From an uncultured bacterium (lineage in GTDB: Bacteria > Cyanobacteriota > Cyanobacteriia > CAZCXK01), in NCBI GenBank assembly GCA_964502605.1, contig CAZCXK010000002.1:6649-70648 (forward strand): 64,000 bases of DNA. Reading direction: 5' to 3'. The position numbers and the translations under genes were made by a program. The notes beneath the pieces are model-generated. The model ran no database searches, was not told the DNA's origin, and saw nothing but the letters and a program-made list of their open reading frames with translations. Below are positions 36,717-46,722 of the stretch, piece after piece (the stretch's first letter is position 1; each line of letters opens with the position of its first letter).

Positions 36717-37948
36717 TGATGCATCAACCCCCTGTCGGCGCTAGAGACCTATTTCCCCTAGATGTCGCTCAAAAACGCTGGATTGAGGAACGCCTACAAG
36801 ATGTATTTCAGCGCTGGGGCTATCACCGAATTATTACCCCCACTCTAGAACGACTGGATACGCTTATGGCTGGCGGCGCAATTCAGCGCTCGACGGTGAT
36901 TCAGTTGCATGACACCGAGAACGAAGTTTTAGGGTTGCGCCCAGAATTAACCGCCTCGATCGCCCGTGCTGCAGTCACGCGCATGGCGGGCGTTAGTCTG
37001 CCACAGCGGTTATATTACTGCGCTAATGTCTTTCGCCGAGCCGTGCGGGGCAGTTCCGATCATCAGCATGAGCTTTATCAAGCTGGAGTCGAGTTGTTGG
37101 GGGCGGGTGGTGTGGCGGCGAATGCCGAAATTGTGCTGCTGATTGCCGATTGTCTGGCCAACCTCGATCTGTATGAGTGGCATCTGATCCTCGGCGATGC
37201 TGGGCTAACGCGATCGCTCCTTTCTCCATTTCCTGATGCGGTGCGCGCCCCAGTTAGACAGGCGATCGCCACACTCGATCGCATTCAACTCGAAACGCTG
37301 TCACTCTCGCCTGAGCTGCGCGATCGCGCCCTCTTGATCCTTGACTTGCGCGGGCGTCCGGCAAATGTGCTGCAGCAGGTTTCCCATCTTGATCTGGCAC
37401 CTGAACAGAGAAAAATGGTGAGTGAACTCAAATCGCTCGTAGAACTGTTAGACGCCAGCTTCGCTAACCAGGGCGATCGCCCCCGCCCGTCATTAACGCT
37501 AGATTTGAGCCTGATTCAATCCATTGACTATTACACAGGCGTTGTCTTTGAAGTGGTGAATACAGCCACGGGTGGGCATCATGTCTTGGGGCAAGGCGGG
37601 CGATATGACCAACTTCTTGGGTTATATCATCCCCAAGGAACCAGTTATCCCGGCATCGGGTTTGTGTTGAATATCGAAGATCTGCATCACGTTCTGCTTG
37701 CAACCGGGCAGCTCCCGCAGCAAATCGCGGCTAGCAACTGGTTGATTGTGCCAGAAACGCCTCAGGAGTATGCAGTAGCGTTTGCTTATGCTCAAAAAAT
37801 TCGCGAGTCGTCTACGCTAGTTCGAGTTGAAGTGGAGTTAGTTCGGCAGCGCTCCCATGAGGACATCTGCAACTATGCTCGCCGTCGCCAAATTCAACAA
37901 ATCGCATGGATTTCGGCAGACGGTACTCCTCAAATAGAACGGCTCTAA
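36716..37948 (+). CDS. hisZ: ATP phosphoribosyltransferase regulatory subunit (HisRS paralog)
   Basis: Class II aaRS-like core without an anticodon-binding function. PVGARDLFP at the N-terminus and GGRYD near the end. The start overlaps the upstream stop as TAATG. Confidence 0.8.
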   Translation: MMHQPPVGARDLFPLDVAQKRWIEERLQDVFQRWGYHRIITPTLERLDTLMAGGAIQRSTVIQLHDTENEVLGLRPELTASIARAAVTRMAGVSLPQRLYYCANVFRRAVRGSSDHQHELYQAGVELLGAGGVAANAEIVLLIADCLANLDLYEWHLILGDAGLTRSLLSPFPDAVRAPVRQAIATLDRIQLETLSLSPELRDRALLILDLRGRPANVLQQVSHLDLAPEQRKMVSELKSLVELLDASFANQGDRPRPSLTLDLSLIQSIDYYTGVVFEVVNTATGGHHVLGQGGRYDQLLGLYHPQGTSYPGIGFVLNIEDLHHVLLATGQLPQQIAASNWLIVPETPQEYAVAFAYAQKIRESSTLVRVEVELVRQRSHEDICNYARRRQIQQIAWISADGTPQIERL

Positions 37949-38126
37949 GAGAGACAACGCTACTGAGGGTTGGTTGGGGCAGACGATAGCTGTTAGGCTA
38001 AAAATGAACGAATCTCTATGGATTTATTCCTTACCCTGGAGGTGGCGTGCCTGTCGGGGCTTGCCTCGGGGTTCATGGCGTTGATTCATGAAAGTATTGT
38101 CTTTTGACTAGGGAGAACGACTGCCT

Positions 38127-38354
38127 GTGCCTCATACTATTGTGACGAATACGTGCGAAGGCGTTGCTGATTGTGTTGATGCGTGCCCGGTCGCCTGCAT
38201 CCATCCAGGGCCCGGCAAAAATACAACGGGGACAGATTGGTATTGGATTGATTTTGCCACCTGCATTGATTGCGGGATTTGCTTACAAGTTTGCCCGGTC
38301 GAAGGGGCTATCCTTCCAGAAGAACGACCTGACTTGCAGACGACGCCCAACTAA
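38127..38354 (+). CDS. small 2x[4Fe-4S]-type ferredoxin (75 aa)
   Basis: Two Cys clusters, CEGVADCVDACP and CIDCGICLQVCP. GTG start. Confidence 0.75.
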   Translation: MPHTIVTNTCEGVADCVDACPVACIHPGPGKNTTGTDWYWIDFATCIDCGICLQVCPVEGAILPEERPDLQTTPN

Positions 38355-38751
38355 CTCCTAGACGTTGAAAGCAGGGGGTTCTGGCGTTGCTAAGTATGTT
38401 CGTGAACAGATAGATTCCCTATCGTTAGAGCAGTTTCTCTTAATAAGGGCAGTTTTTCATAATAGAGATGCTATGCGTTTCGCAACCGACATGAACCGTG
38501 CAATGTTCTAAAGGAAACCACTCCTGCGAAATTCATACATCAGGTTAGCAATGCTGGGTTGCTTTTACTGCGCTTTGCATCCTCGAAAGCTGTCAGCTAC
38601 GAACTTTAAGTAGGCAAGCAATTTCGTAGTCTATTAGCGTCAACAATGCAAATGAGGGCTCGGTATCCATATTATTGGGGGCGATCGCGTTTCCCCCGAT
38701 CTCTGGTTTATTCAGCAATCATTGGTTCTTAAATTCCACTTCGCCGCAACA

Positions 38752-39492
38752 ATGTCTATGAACGACTCTGCGCCCATCCTTGAAATTAAAGATGTCTATG
38801 CTGGTTACATCAAAGATTTAGACATTCTTCAAGGGATCAATTTCAAAGTCTATCCCGGTGAATTGGTTGCGGTCATTGGTCCGAACGGAGCCGGCAAGTC
38901 AACTCTAGCAAAGACTATCTTTGGTTTGCTTACTCCCCACACTGGGCAGATTTATTTCAACGGAAAAGATATTACAGGGTTGCGTTCTAACCAGATTGTG
39001 CAACATGGCATGTGCTACGTTCCTCAAATTGCCAATGTATTCCCATCCCTGAGCGTTGAAGAGAACCTGGAAATGGGGGGCTTTATTGAGACCAACCCGC
39101 TTAAGCCGCTTAAGCAGCAAATTTTTGATATGTTTCCCGTATTGGCCGAGCGCCGCCGACAACGTGCGGGTACACTCTCAGGTGGGGAACGTCAAATGTT
39201 GGCGATGGGGCGGGCCCTGATGTTAAAACCCTCCCTCTTGTTGCTCGATGAACCGTCGGCAGCCCTGTCTCCGCTCTTAGTCAATACAACACTAGAACGC
39301 ATTAAAATCATTAATCAGACAGGTACTGCTATCGTTTTAGTTGAGCAAAATGCGCGAAAGGCTCTAGCTATGGCCGATCGAGGTTATGTGCTTGATTCAG
39401 GGCGCGATCGCTTTGAAGGACGCGGCCTTGACTTACTCAATGATCCGAAGGTCGGAGAACTCTACTTAGGTGCTAGTCGGGTTCGATCATAG
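38752..39492 (+). CDS. ABC transporter ATP-binding protein, LivF/NatE/UrtE-like (branched-chain amino acid type)
   Basis: Walker A GPNGAGKST, signature LSGGERQM, Walker B LLLLDEPS, and the LivF-type C-terminus DPKVGELYLG. No adjacent permease or binding-protein genes. Confidence 0.85.
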   Translation: MSMNDSAPILEIKDVYAGYIKDLDILQGINFKVYPGELVAVIGPNGAGKSTLAKTIFGLLTPHTGQIYFNGKDITGLRSNQIVQHGMCYVPQIANVFPSLSVEENLEMGGFIETNPLKPLKQQIFDMFPVLAERRRQRAGTLSGGERQMLAMGRALMLKPSLLLLDEPSAALSPLLVNTTLERIKIINQTGTAIVLVEQNARKALAMADRGYVLDSGRDRFEGRGLDLLNDPKVGELYLGASRVRS

Positions 39493-39536
39493 GGTTGCCA
39501 GTACTCAATATCCTGCTTAGATTCCATCCCATCACG

Positions 39537-39563
39537 ATTGGGTGCAGCCAGCAAACACCCAAT
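39537..39563 (+). terminator. hairpin 45 bp after the LivF-like stop
   Basis: ATTGGGTG (39537-39544) pairs with CACCCAAT (39556-39563) around an 11-nt loop, followed by GCTTTAAAGTT. Confidence 0.4.
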
Positions 39564-39677
39564 GCTTTAAAGTTCACAAACCTGCTGCATTACTTTGGCA
39601 TCCACACCGTACAATGTAATTTCTGTCTCATTAATTACGCTAAGGCAACGCGGCTCAAAGAGATGTGTCTCTAGAGA

Positions 39678-40247
39678 ATGGTCTTTAATGAGTCAGATGC
39701 TTGTTCGTCAGCACCAATAAACGTTCTTGGTTTTGTGGTTCTTTGTCTGTTCGCTGAAGACTTACATGCTATATCTGCCCATGCCGAACGTGCCTATCCC
39801 GAAGAGTGTTGTGGCATCTTGTTAGGTCAGATTGATCGGCAGTCTCTTACTGATGATCGAGTTGTGATCACCATTTGGGAATTGCCCAATGCCTGGGATG
39901 CTGATGCTGAGGCACAATTATCTGAGATGGCCGTCTCAGATAAGGCTGATGGTGCCGCTTCTGGAGCAACTAAGGCTCGACGCTACTGGATTGCCCCCCA
40001 AGATATGTTCAAGGCTCAGCAGTTTGCTCGCGATCGCCAAATGGCAATTATTGGCATCTATCATTCTCATCCCAATCATCCAGCGGTGCCATCTGAGTGC
40101 GATCGCATCTGGGCTTGGCCTGATTATTCTTACGTAATTGCATCGGTGCAGAAGGGGCACACTGAAGCCATTCAAAGCTGGATGCTAGATACTGATCATC
40201 AGTTCCAGTCTGAGGCCATTGTTACAATGAGTCCTTGGAGTGATTGA
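39678..40247 (+). CDS. JAB/MPN+ (JAMM) metallopeptidase family protein
   Basis: AYPEECCGILLG (catalytic Glu) and the JAMM motif HSHPNHPAVPSECD. An alternative GTG start at 39735 would remove an odd hydrophobic N-terminus. Confidence 0.8.
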   Translation: MVFNESDACSSAPINVLGFVVLCLFAEDLHAISAHAERAYPEECCGILLGQIDRQSLTDDRVVITIWELPNAWDADAEAQLSEMAVSDKADGAASGATKARRYWIAPQDMFKAQQFARDRQMAIIGIYHSHPNHPAVPSECDRIWAWPDYSYVIASVQKGHTEAIQSWMLDTDHQFQSEAIVTMSPWSD

Positions 40248-40355
40248 AATTTCCACCCGTCAGCTAGGTTCTTGTATTAAGCTTTAGCATCGTGCTCAAT
40301 CCAACATTCAACGCTTACGTCCCCTATCCATCTTGATTACATCTGCCGAACTGCC

Positions 40356-41528
40356 ATGCTAAATCCCAATTTGGATGATATTCAATTAACTCGTGAAGAA
40401 TATGAGCGCTATTCACGCCACTTGATCTTGCCAGAAGTCGGGCTAGATGGCCAAAAGCGACTCAAAGCCGCTAGTATCCTATGTATTGGGACAGGCGGTT
40501 TAGGCTCACCGCTCTTACTCTATTTAGCTGCTGCTGGCATTGGTCGCATCGGCATCGTTGACTTCGATATTGTCGATCGCTCCAATCTGCAACGCCAGGT
40601 GATTCACGGGACGTCTTGGGTCGGTAAGCCCAAAATCGAGTCAGCAAAGCACCGGATTTTAGAAATCAATCCAGCCTGTCAGGTTGACCTCTACGAAACA
40701 CGCCTGAGTTCAGAAAACGCGCTTGATCTGATCAAAGACTACGACATTGTAGTTGACGGAACCGATAACTTTCCAACGCGCTATCTGGTCAACGACGCCT
40801 GTGTGCTGCTCAACAAGCCCAATGTCTACGGCTCGATCTTTCGCTTTGAAGGGCAGGCTACCGTCTTCAATTATGAAGACGGGCCTAACTACCGCGACCT
40901 CTACCCCGAACCACCCCCCCCTGGCCTAGTACCATCTTGTGCTGAAGGAGGCGTCTTGGGAGTATTGTGCGGCATTATTGGCACCATTCAAGCAACAGAA
41001 ACCATTAAAATCATCCTAGGGCAACCGAATACTTTGAGTGGACGGTTGCTGCTCTATAATGCGCTTGACATGAAGTTCCGCGAACTAAAGCTGCGCCCCA
41101 ATCCAGAACGCCCAGTGATTGAAGCGTTGATTGACTATGAGCAGTTTTGTGGAATTCCACAGGCACAGGCAGCTGAAGCCCAGCAGCAGTCAGAACTAGA
41201 CGAAATGACGGTCACGGAATTAAAGCAGCTCTTAGACAAAAATTCTCAAGACTTTGTGCTGCTAGATGTGCGCAACCCCAATGAATATGAAATTGCCAAA
41301 ATTCCCGGAGCGGTGCTGATCCCTCTTTCAGAAATTGAGAATGGTGATGGTGTGGGCAAGGTGAAAGATATTCTCAATGGTCATCGCTTAGTCGTCCACT
41401 GCAAATCTGGCATGCGTTCAGCAAAAGCTCTGAATATTCTCAAACAGTCAGGCGTTGAGGGCACGAACGTCAAAGGTGGGATTTTAGCCTGGAGTCGAGA
41501 AGTTGACCCGTCAGTTCCTGAATACTAG
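40356..41528 (+). CDS. moeB: E1-like adenylyltransferase fused to a rhodanese domain (MoeB/MoeZ type)
   Basis: ThiF/MoeB Rossmann motif GTGGLGSP, and a C-terminal rhodanese domain with active-site CKSGMRS. Confidence 0.9.
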   Translation: MLNPNLDDIQLTREEYERYSRHLILPEVGLDGQKRLKAASILCIGTGGLGSPLLLYLAAAGIGRIGIVDFDIVDRSNLQRQVIHGTSWVGKPKIESAKHRILEINPACQVDLYETRLSSENALDLIKDYDIVVDGTDNFPTRYLVNDACVLLNKPNVYGSIFRFEGQATVFNYEDGPNYRDLYPEPPPPGLVPSCAEGGVLGVLCGIIGTIQATETIKIILGQPNTLSGRLLLYNALDMKFRELKLRPNPERPVIEALIDYEQFCGIPQAQAAEAQQQSELDEMTVTELKQLLDKNSQDFVLLDVRNPNEYEIAKIPGAVLIPLSEIENGDGVGKVKDILNGHRLVVHCKSGMRSAKALNILKQSGVEGTNVKGGILAWSREVDPSVPEY

Positions 41529-41570
41529 GGCGCAGGTTCTTTTTGATGTCAATTAGCTGAGGCAAACTAA

Positions 41571-41613
41571 TAACGCCTTGCCGGGAGTCTAAAACACTCC
41601 TAGCAAGGCGTTA
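41571..41613. terminator. long hairpin between convergent moeB and rnj (candidate bidirectional terminator)
   Basis: TAACGCCTTGC (41571-41581) pairs perfectly with GCAAGGCGTTA (41603-41613). An inner GGAGT/ACTCC stem sits inside it. Confidence 0.55.
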
Positions 41614-41651
41614 AGTCTAGCCTTTCACAGGTTTTAGAAGACGACAATCAC

Positions 41652-43409
41652 CTATGAAGCTACCGCAGACGATTCTCGTCGTTCAGCCACAGCTGTTGAT
41701 GGATCGGAAGGGTTCTGCAGCATAAACACAAGCAGTGGATTGCTCTTGATCTCTTTGCGAATGGCGCGGCGCAACTCAACTTCAAGGTGAGCTTGAAGCT
41801 TTGTCCAATCGACATCCAACTCATTGTTAGCAAATGTATGAGTAAATTCAACCCAGCGATCGCTTAAAGTACGCCCAATCGTCTGAGTCACAACATCGTC
41901 TAACCGAGTTTGATGAGCAGGAGAAACCACGCCTCTAAGATGGACTTGAGGATTTGCAATGAGTTTGCCATTCCAGTCGATGGTAGCCACGATGGTGACG
42001 ATACCATCTCCAGCAAGCTGCTGCCTATCTCGAAGCACGCGCTCATGCACCATGCCCGATCGAGATGCATCAACCAACTCGATCCCAGACTGCACCTTGC
42101 CTGCAACCCGAATGCTATCAGTCGTCAGCTCAATGACATCACCATTGTTAATGATGACCATGTTTTCCTTAGGAACGCCCATGCTTTGAGCGGTTTCCGA
42201 ATGCTTCACTAGCATTCGGTGCTCTCCATGCACAGGCAAGAAAAACTTAGGTCGAGTCAGCGCTAGCATCAGCTTTTGGTCTTCTTGCGACCCATGACCA
42301 GACACATGTAGACCCTCTTGTCGCCCATAGAGCACTCTGGCCCCTTGCATCATCAGCTTGTCGATAGTGTTGACAACTGCAATCGTATTGCCGGGAATCG
42401 GGTTAGCTGAAAATACGATCGTATCGCCTTCGCGAATTTTAATCTGGCGATGCTCTTTGTTGGCAATTCGCGTCAGTGCAGCCATCGGCTCACCTTGAGA
42501 CCCAGTCGTGAGGATCACTACCCGCTCATCCGGAACCTTACTAATTTGATGCAATGGGACAAATAAATCATCCCGGCATTTAATGTATCCCAACGTTCGG
42601 GCATGAGCGATGACATTTAGCATCGATCGCCCCACAATAGCAACCGAACGACCATGTTTCTGTGCAAGCTCCAAAATCATGTTAATGCGATGCACAGACG
42701 AGGAAAAGGTCGTTACCAGAAGACGCCCGGAAGCTTGACGATAGACTCGATCGAGGTTGGGGAATACAGAACGCTCGGAGGGAGTTTGCCCAGGGACTTC
42801 TGCATTCGTTGAATCACTCATCAGGCAGAGTACTCCTTTCTCACCGTGCTCTGCCAGTTTCTGAAAATCGAAAAATTCACCGTCAACAGGAGTGTGATCG
42901 ACCTTGAAATCTCCTGAATGGATTACAACCCCAATCGGCGTGTGGATTGCCACTGTAAAACTATCCGCAATTGAGTGCGTATTACGAATATATTCGACAA
43001 AAAAGGACTTGCCAATGCGAACCATATCACGCGGACGCACGGTACGAAGTTCGGTGCGGTCAGCTACTCCTGCTTCTTCAAGTTTGCCTTCGAGCAATGC
43101 CATCGCCAGTCGAGGCCCATAAATCACGGGAATATCGAACTGCTTGAGATGGAATGCAATTCCACCAATGTGGTCTTCATGACCATGAGTGACGATCATC
43201 CCTTTGATTTTATGGCGGTTTTCTCGCAGATAGGTTACGTCAGGCAAAACAATATTGACCCCGTGCATCCCATCTGTAGGAAACGATAGTCCTGCATCCA
43301 GTAATATAATTTCGTCGTTGATTTCAAAGACGCAGGTATTTTTACCAATCTCATGCAGGCCCCCAAGGGGGATGATTCTAAGGGTATTCGACGTTTCGTT
43401 TTGACTCAT
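41652..43409 (-). CDS. rnj: ribonuclease J
   Basis: Metallo-beta-lactamase motif THGHEDHIG, a beta-CASP region and a C-terminal domain. N-terminus LRIIPLGGLHEIGKN. AAGGA precedes the ATG at 43409. Confidence 0.9.
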   Translation of the reverse strand: MSQNETSNTLRIIPLGGLHEIGKNTCVFEINDEIILLDAGLSFPTDGMHGVNIVLPDVTYLRENRHKIKGMIVTHGHEDHIGGIAFHLKQFDIPVIYGPRLAMALLEGKLEEAGVADRTELRTVRPRDMVRIGKSFFVEYIRNTHSIADSFTVAIHTPIGVVIHSGDFKVDHTPVDGEFFDFQKLAEHGEKGVLCLMSDSTNAEVPGQTPSERSVFPNLDRVYRQASGRLLVTTFSSSVHRINMILELAQKHGRSVAIVGRSMLNVIAHARTLGYIKCRDDLFVPLHQISKVPDERVVILTTGSQGEPMAALTRIANKEHRQIKIREGDTIVFSANPIPGNTIAVVNTIDKLMMQGARVLYGRQEGLHVSGHGSQEDQKLMLALTRPKFFLPVHGEHRMLVKHSETAQSMGVPKENMVIINNGDVIELTTDSIRVAGKVQSGIELVDASRSGMVHERVLRDRQQLAGDGIVTIVATIDWNGKLIANPQVHLRGVVSPAHQTRLDDVVTQTIGRTLSDRWVEFTHTFANNELDVDWTKLQAHLEVELRRAIRKEIKSNPLLVFMLQNPSDPSTAVAERRESSAVAS

Positions 43410-43708
43410 GTACATCCTTAATAGATACGGTTTTCAGTAGTCACCCAATTGGTGGCAGATAGAGCAGCTGGCCATAGAGCACTGGCGAGGGAAAACGAAT
43501 TAGTAGTAGTAGTAGCTCCAAAACGTTGGCTAAAAGCAAGTTATGCTGGCTCAATAACAACACTTATACTCAATGGCGACTTAGGAATATTCAATTGTTA
43601 GGAAAACTTTTCGGGTGATTGAGGGAGCAGCAATCAACTCTGATGAAGCGCACTTAAATCTGCAAACCCTTCACTACCATTATGCAGGACTGACTCAATC
43701 TTGAGGTC

Positions 43709-44611
43709 TCATCGACGTGTCAATGGCAACAAATCGATTTGAGCCATGACTGACTCCAAGGCATCTTCAACTGAAGGACTCATGCTGCTACACAATGGTA
43801 GACGAGTTGCTCCTACATCCCACCCTTGAAACCGCAAAGCACGTTTGACTGGAATCGGGTTGGTTGTAGCAAATAGAGCCTTAAACAGTGGAAACAGTTG
43901 AATATGCAAGTCTCTCGCGATCGCATTTTTTCCAGCTTCAAAGGCCTGAATCATTTGCTGGAGCTGATCACCGACTAAGTGACTTGCAACACTAACCACA
44001 CCCTGGCCACCCAGCGCCAAGATGGGTAATGTCAGTGAATCGTCTCCCGAATAAATACTAAACGTAGAATCAGTTAACGTGCGAATTTGGCTCACCTGAT
44101 CTAGATTACCGCTTGCTTCTTTAATAGCAACAATATTGGGCACTTCTGCTAAGCGAGCCACTGTCTCAGGCTCAAGATTTTGTCCCGTGCGCCCTGGAAC
44201 GTTGTATAGCATAACTGGAAGGTCAGGGCTGGCTTCTGCGATCGCCCGAAAATGACGATAGAGCCCTTCTTGCGGCGGCTTATTGTAATAAGGCACTACT
44301 TGAAGTGTACCATCTAAACCCAACTTATTGGCTTTCTGAGTTGCCGCAATCGCCTCTCGTGTCGAGTTAGACCCCGCCCCTGCAATGATTTTTACCTGCC
44401 CAGCCATAGCCTGCTGAATAACTTGAAATAGCTGATATTCTTCATCCCACGTTAAGGTCGGCGATTCTCCTGTAGTGCCACATAGTACCAGCGTATCAGT
44501 GCCATGATTCACAAGATGAACTGCCAACTGTTCAGCGATGGCATAGTTTACTTGACCGTCCTCTCCGAACGGGGTAATCATCGCCGTAATCACTCGCCCA
44601 AACGTGGTCAC
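43709..44611 (-). CDS. dapA: 4-hydroxy-tetrahydrodipicolinate synthase
   Basis: [21 protein letters not shown], the YNVPGRTG motif and IVAIKEASG (catalytic Lys). Start proposed at GTG 44611 with GGAG 10 nt upstream. The ORF track starts at GTG 44629. Confidence 0.9.
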   Translation of the reverse strand: MTTFGRVITAMITPFGEDGQVNYAIAEQLAVHLVNHGTDTLVLCGTTGESPTLTWDEEYQLFQVIQQAMAGQVKIIAGAGSNSTREAIAATQKANKLGLDGTLQVVPYYNKPPQEGLYRHFRAIAEASPDLPVMLYNVPGRTGQNLEPETVARLAEVPNIVAIKEASGNLDQVSQIRTLTDSTFSIYSGDDSLTLPILALGGQGVVSVASHLVGDQLQQMIQAFEAGKNAIARDLHIQLFPLFKALFATTNPIPVKRALRFQGWDVGATRLPLCSSMSPSVEDALESVMAQIDLLPLTRR

Positions 44612-44815
44612 ACTCTTAAAACTCCTCACTAATTTGTCACGACTAAAACTAGCGCTTCAATCACAGAGTGAAAGCTTAGTCTGTATAGATCCGCATATCC
44701 CATTCATCATGCAGCATGCGGTCTACCAGCACAATAGTCATACCATCGATAGGAAATTGATGCACTCAACTCTGAATCGATCACACCCTGATTTTCCCAT
44801 CTTCATCCTACTCAC

Positions 44816-45865
44816 CTAGGCTATTGTAACCACAGCCTGATCAGATGGCCGAATTAGAGCCCGAGCAGCCAGTAGCTCTGCAATTTGCACAGCATTCAGT
44901 GCAGCCCCCTTGCGAATCTGATCACCGCTGAGCCACAGCTCTAGGCCACATGGATTCGAAATGTCCGCTCTGATTCGGCCAACCAAAACATCATCTTGCC
45001 CGGTGGCGTCGATCGGCATCGGGAAATAATTAGCCTGCCAATCTTCAACTAATCGGACTCCAGGCGCTTGTCGTAAAAGCTCCCTAGCTTGATTAACCTC
45101 AAACGGAGCATCAAACTCTAGCGTTATGGCTTCTGAGTGAGCCCGCAAGACCGGAACGCGAATGCAGGTTGCCTTAATACGTAACTCAGGCTCCAAAAAG
45201 ATCTTTCGGGTTTCATGCACCATTTTCATCTCTTCTTCACAATATCCCTGAGCATCCAGTGGAGAGTTGTGAGGAAACAAATTAAAGGCCAACGGATACG
45301 GAAAGATGCAAGCTTCTGGGCTTTCCCCCTTGAGAATTGCCTGAGCTTGGAGCTTCACTTCTTCCATGGCTTGGGCACCCGCGCCACTAGCTGACTGGTA
45401 GGTTGCTGCCAAAATGCGCCGAACAGGCTGCACTTGATGTAACGGATAAACGGCGATCGCCATCAAAATCGTAGTGCAATTAGGATTGGCAATAATTCCC
45501 TGGTGCTGGTCGGCTACATCCGGATTGATTTCAGGCACAATCAGCGGCACCTGAGGGTTCATGCGATATGCGCTCGAGTTATCAATCACAACGGCCCCAG
45601 CCTCAACGGCCTTAGGAGCCCAAACCTTAGACACCGAGCTACCTGCTGATGCTAAGACTAAATCAACATCATCAAATGAGCAATCGCCCACGACTTCGAC
45701 AGCTAGGCGATCGCCCTTAAAACTCAATGTCGTCCCCGCCGATCGCGTTGAGGCTAATAGCTTCAACTGATCAACTGGAAATTTCCGCTCATCTAAAAGC
45801 GTCAATAGCTCTTGGCCAACGGCTCCTGTCGCACCTAATATAGCTACCCGATATGATTGAGGCAA
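44816..45865 (-). CDS. asd: aspartate-semialdehyde dehydrogenase
   Basis: VAILGATGAVGQ Rossmann motif and active-site NPNCTT. TTG start preceded by AGGAGG. Confidence 0.9.
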   Translation of the reverse strand: MPQSYRVAILGATGAVGQELLTLLDERKFPVDQLKLLASTRSAGTTLSFKGDRLAVEVVGDCSFDDVDLVLASAGSSVSKVWAPKAVEAGAVVIDNSSAYRMNPQVPLIVPEINPDVADQHQGIIANPNCTTILMAIAVYPLHQVQPVRRILAATYQSASGAGAQAMEEVKLQAQAILKGESPEACIFPYPLAFNLFPHNSPLDAQGYCEEEMKMVHETRKIFLEPELRIKATCIRVPVLRAHSEAITLEFDAPFEVNQARELLRQAPGVRLVEDWQANYFPMPIDATGQDDVLVGRIRADISNPCGLELWLSGDQIRKGAALNAVQIAELLAARALIRPSDQAVVTIA

Positions 45866-46722
45866 ATGTCCAGCCCTCCTACCACTTAGTCACGTTATGA
45901 GTTGTTTAAGCAATGACCCGATCAACCTTAAAAACCATATTGAACAAACATGTACTCAAATACATCTGTCTGTGTCAGGATCAGAGCAACCTGTGTCAGA
46001 TCAGATCAAGATAGACATGACGTCGAGATCAACATCTGGATGGTTCTAACAGCAAAATTAGTAACTTAAACCTAAATATGGTTTAATCACGATCCACACT
46101 AAATTATATCCATACTAAATCGTAGTGATATAAGTGACTCAAACCCTTACCGCATCGTACATCACTGCATTATTGCAATATCTAGCGGTACAGTCCTTAC
46201 AGTATCTAGATGACTGCATCAGCTCACTGCATAGCCGCATTCTCTTCGTTCCTACACTACCGCATTCTTTCCGTTGGCTTACTAGATCAGTTAAAAACAT
46301 TCATACCAGGTCAAGTTTGAGTCTGGAATTTTCTCATCTGTGTAAGCCAACTGGCTGGCTGACAAAACTCGTGAAAGACTGATTCTCCCGCGCCTTAGGC
46401 TTCGACTGCGCTCTGCCTAAGGCAGTTACAACGACGTGGATTGAGCGCAGCCGAAATCTACACTCCGAAGATCTCTCAGGCAACCAGGTAGGCCAGTTCT
46501 AGATTAGGATGCAGCTTGCATGCAACTTATTTCGGCTGTCTAAAGCCCTAACCCCCAAGCTTAGAGGTAATGACTTGATGAAATCTTTTGGGCGATCGCA
46601 TCAATAAACCACACTACCTTAGTGCAGAATCAGCTAGTATAGCTAATTGCGGTGATGCATACGATTCATGATTGAATGGAACCGTTTCAATACCCCTTGA
46701 AGACGCTGTACGAGAAACTCTG

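Noticed and set aside
39678-41528. JAB plus E1-like pair considered as CBASS Cap3/Cap2 defence accessory genes
   Set aside because: The E1-like protein is a classic MoeB-rhodanese fusion with no E2-like domain. No CD-NTase or effector gene is nearby, so a sulfur-carrier context is much more likely.
43501-43515. (TAG)5 trinucleotide microsatellite upstream of rnj
   Set aside because: It is short and intergenic, with no evident functional context. It is noted only as another slippage-prone tract.
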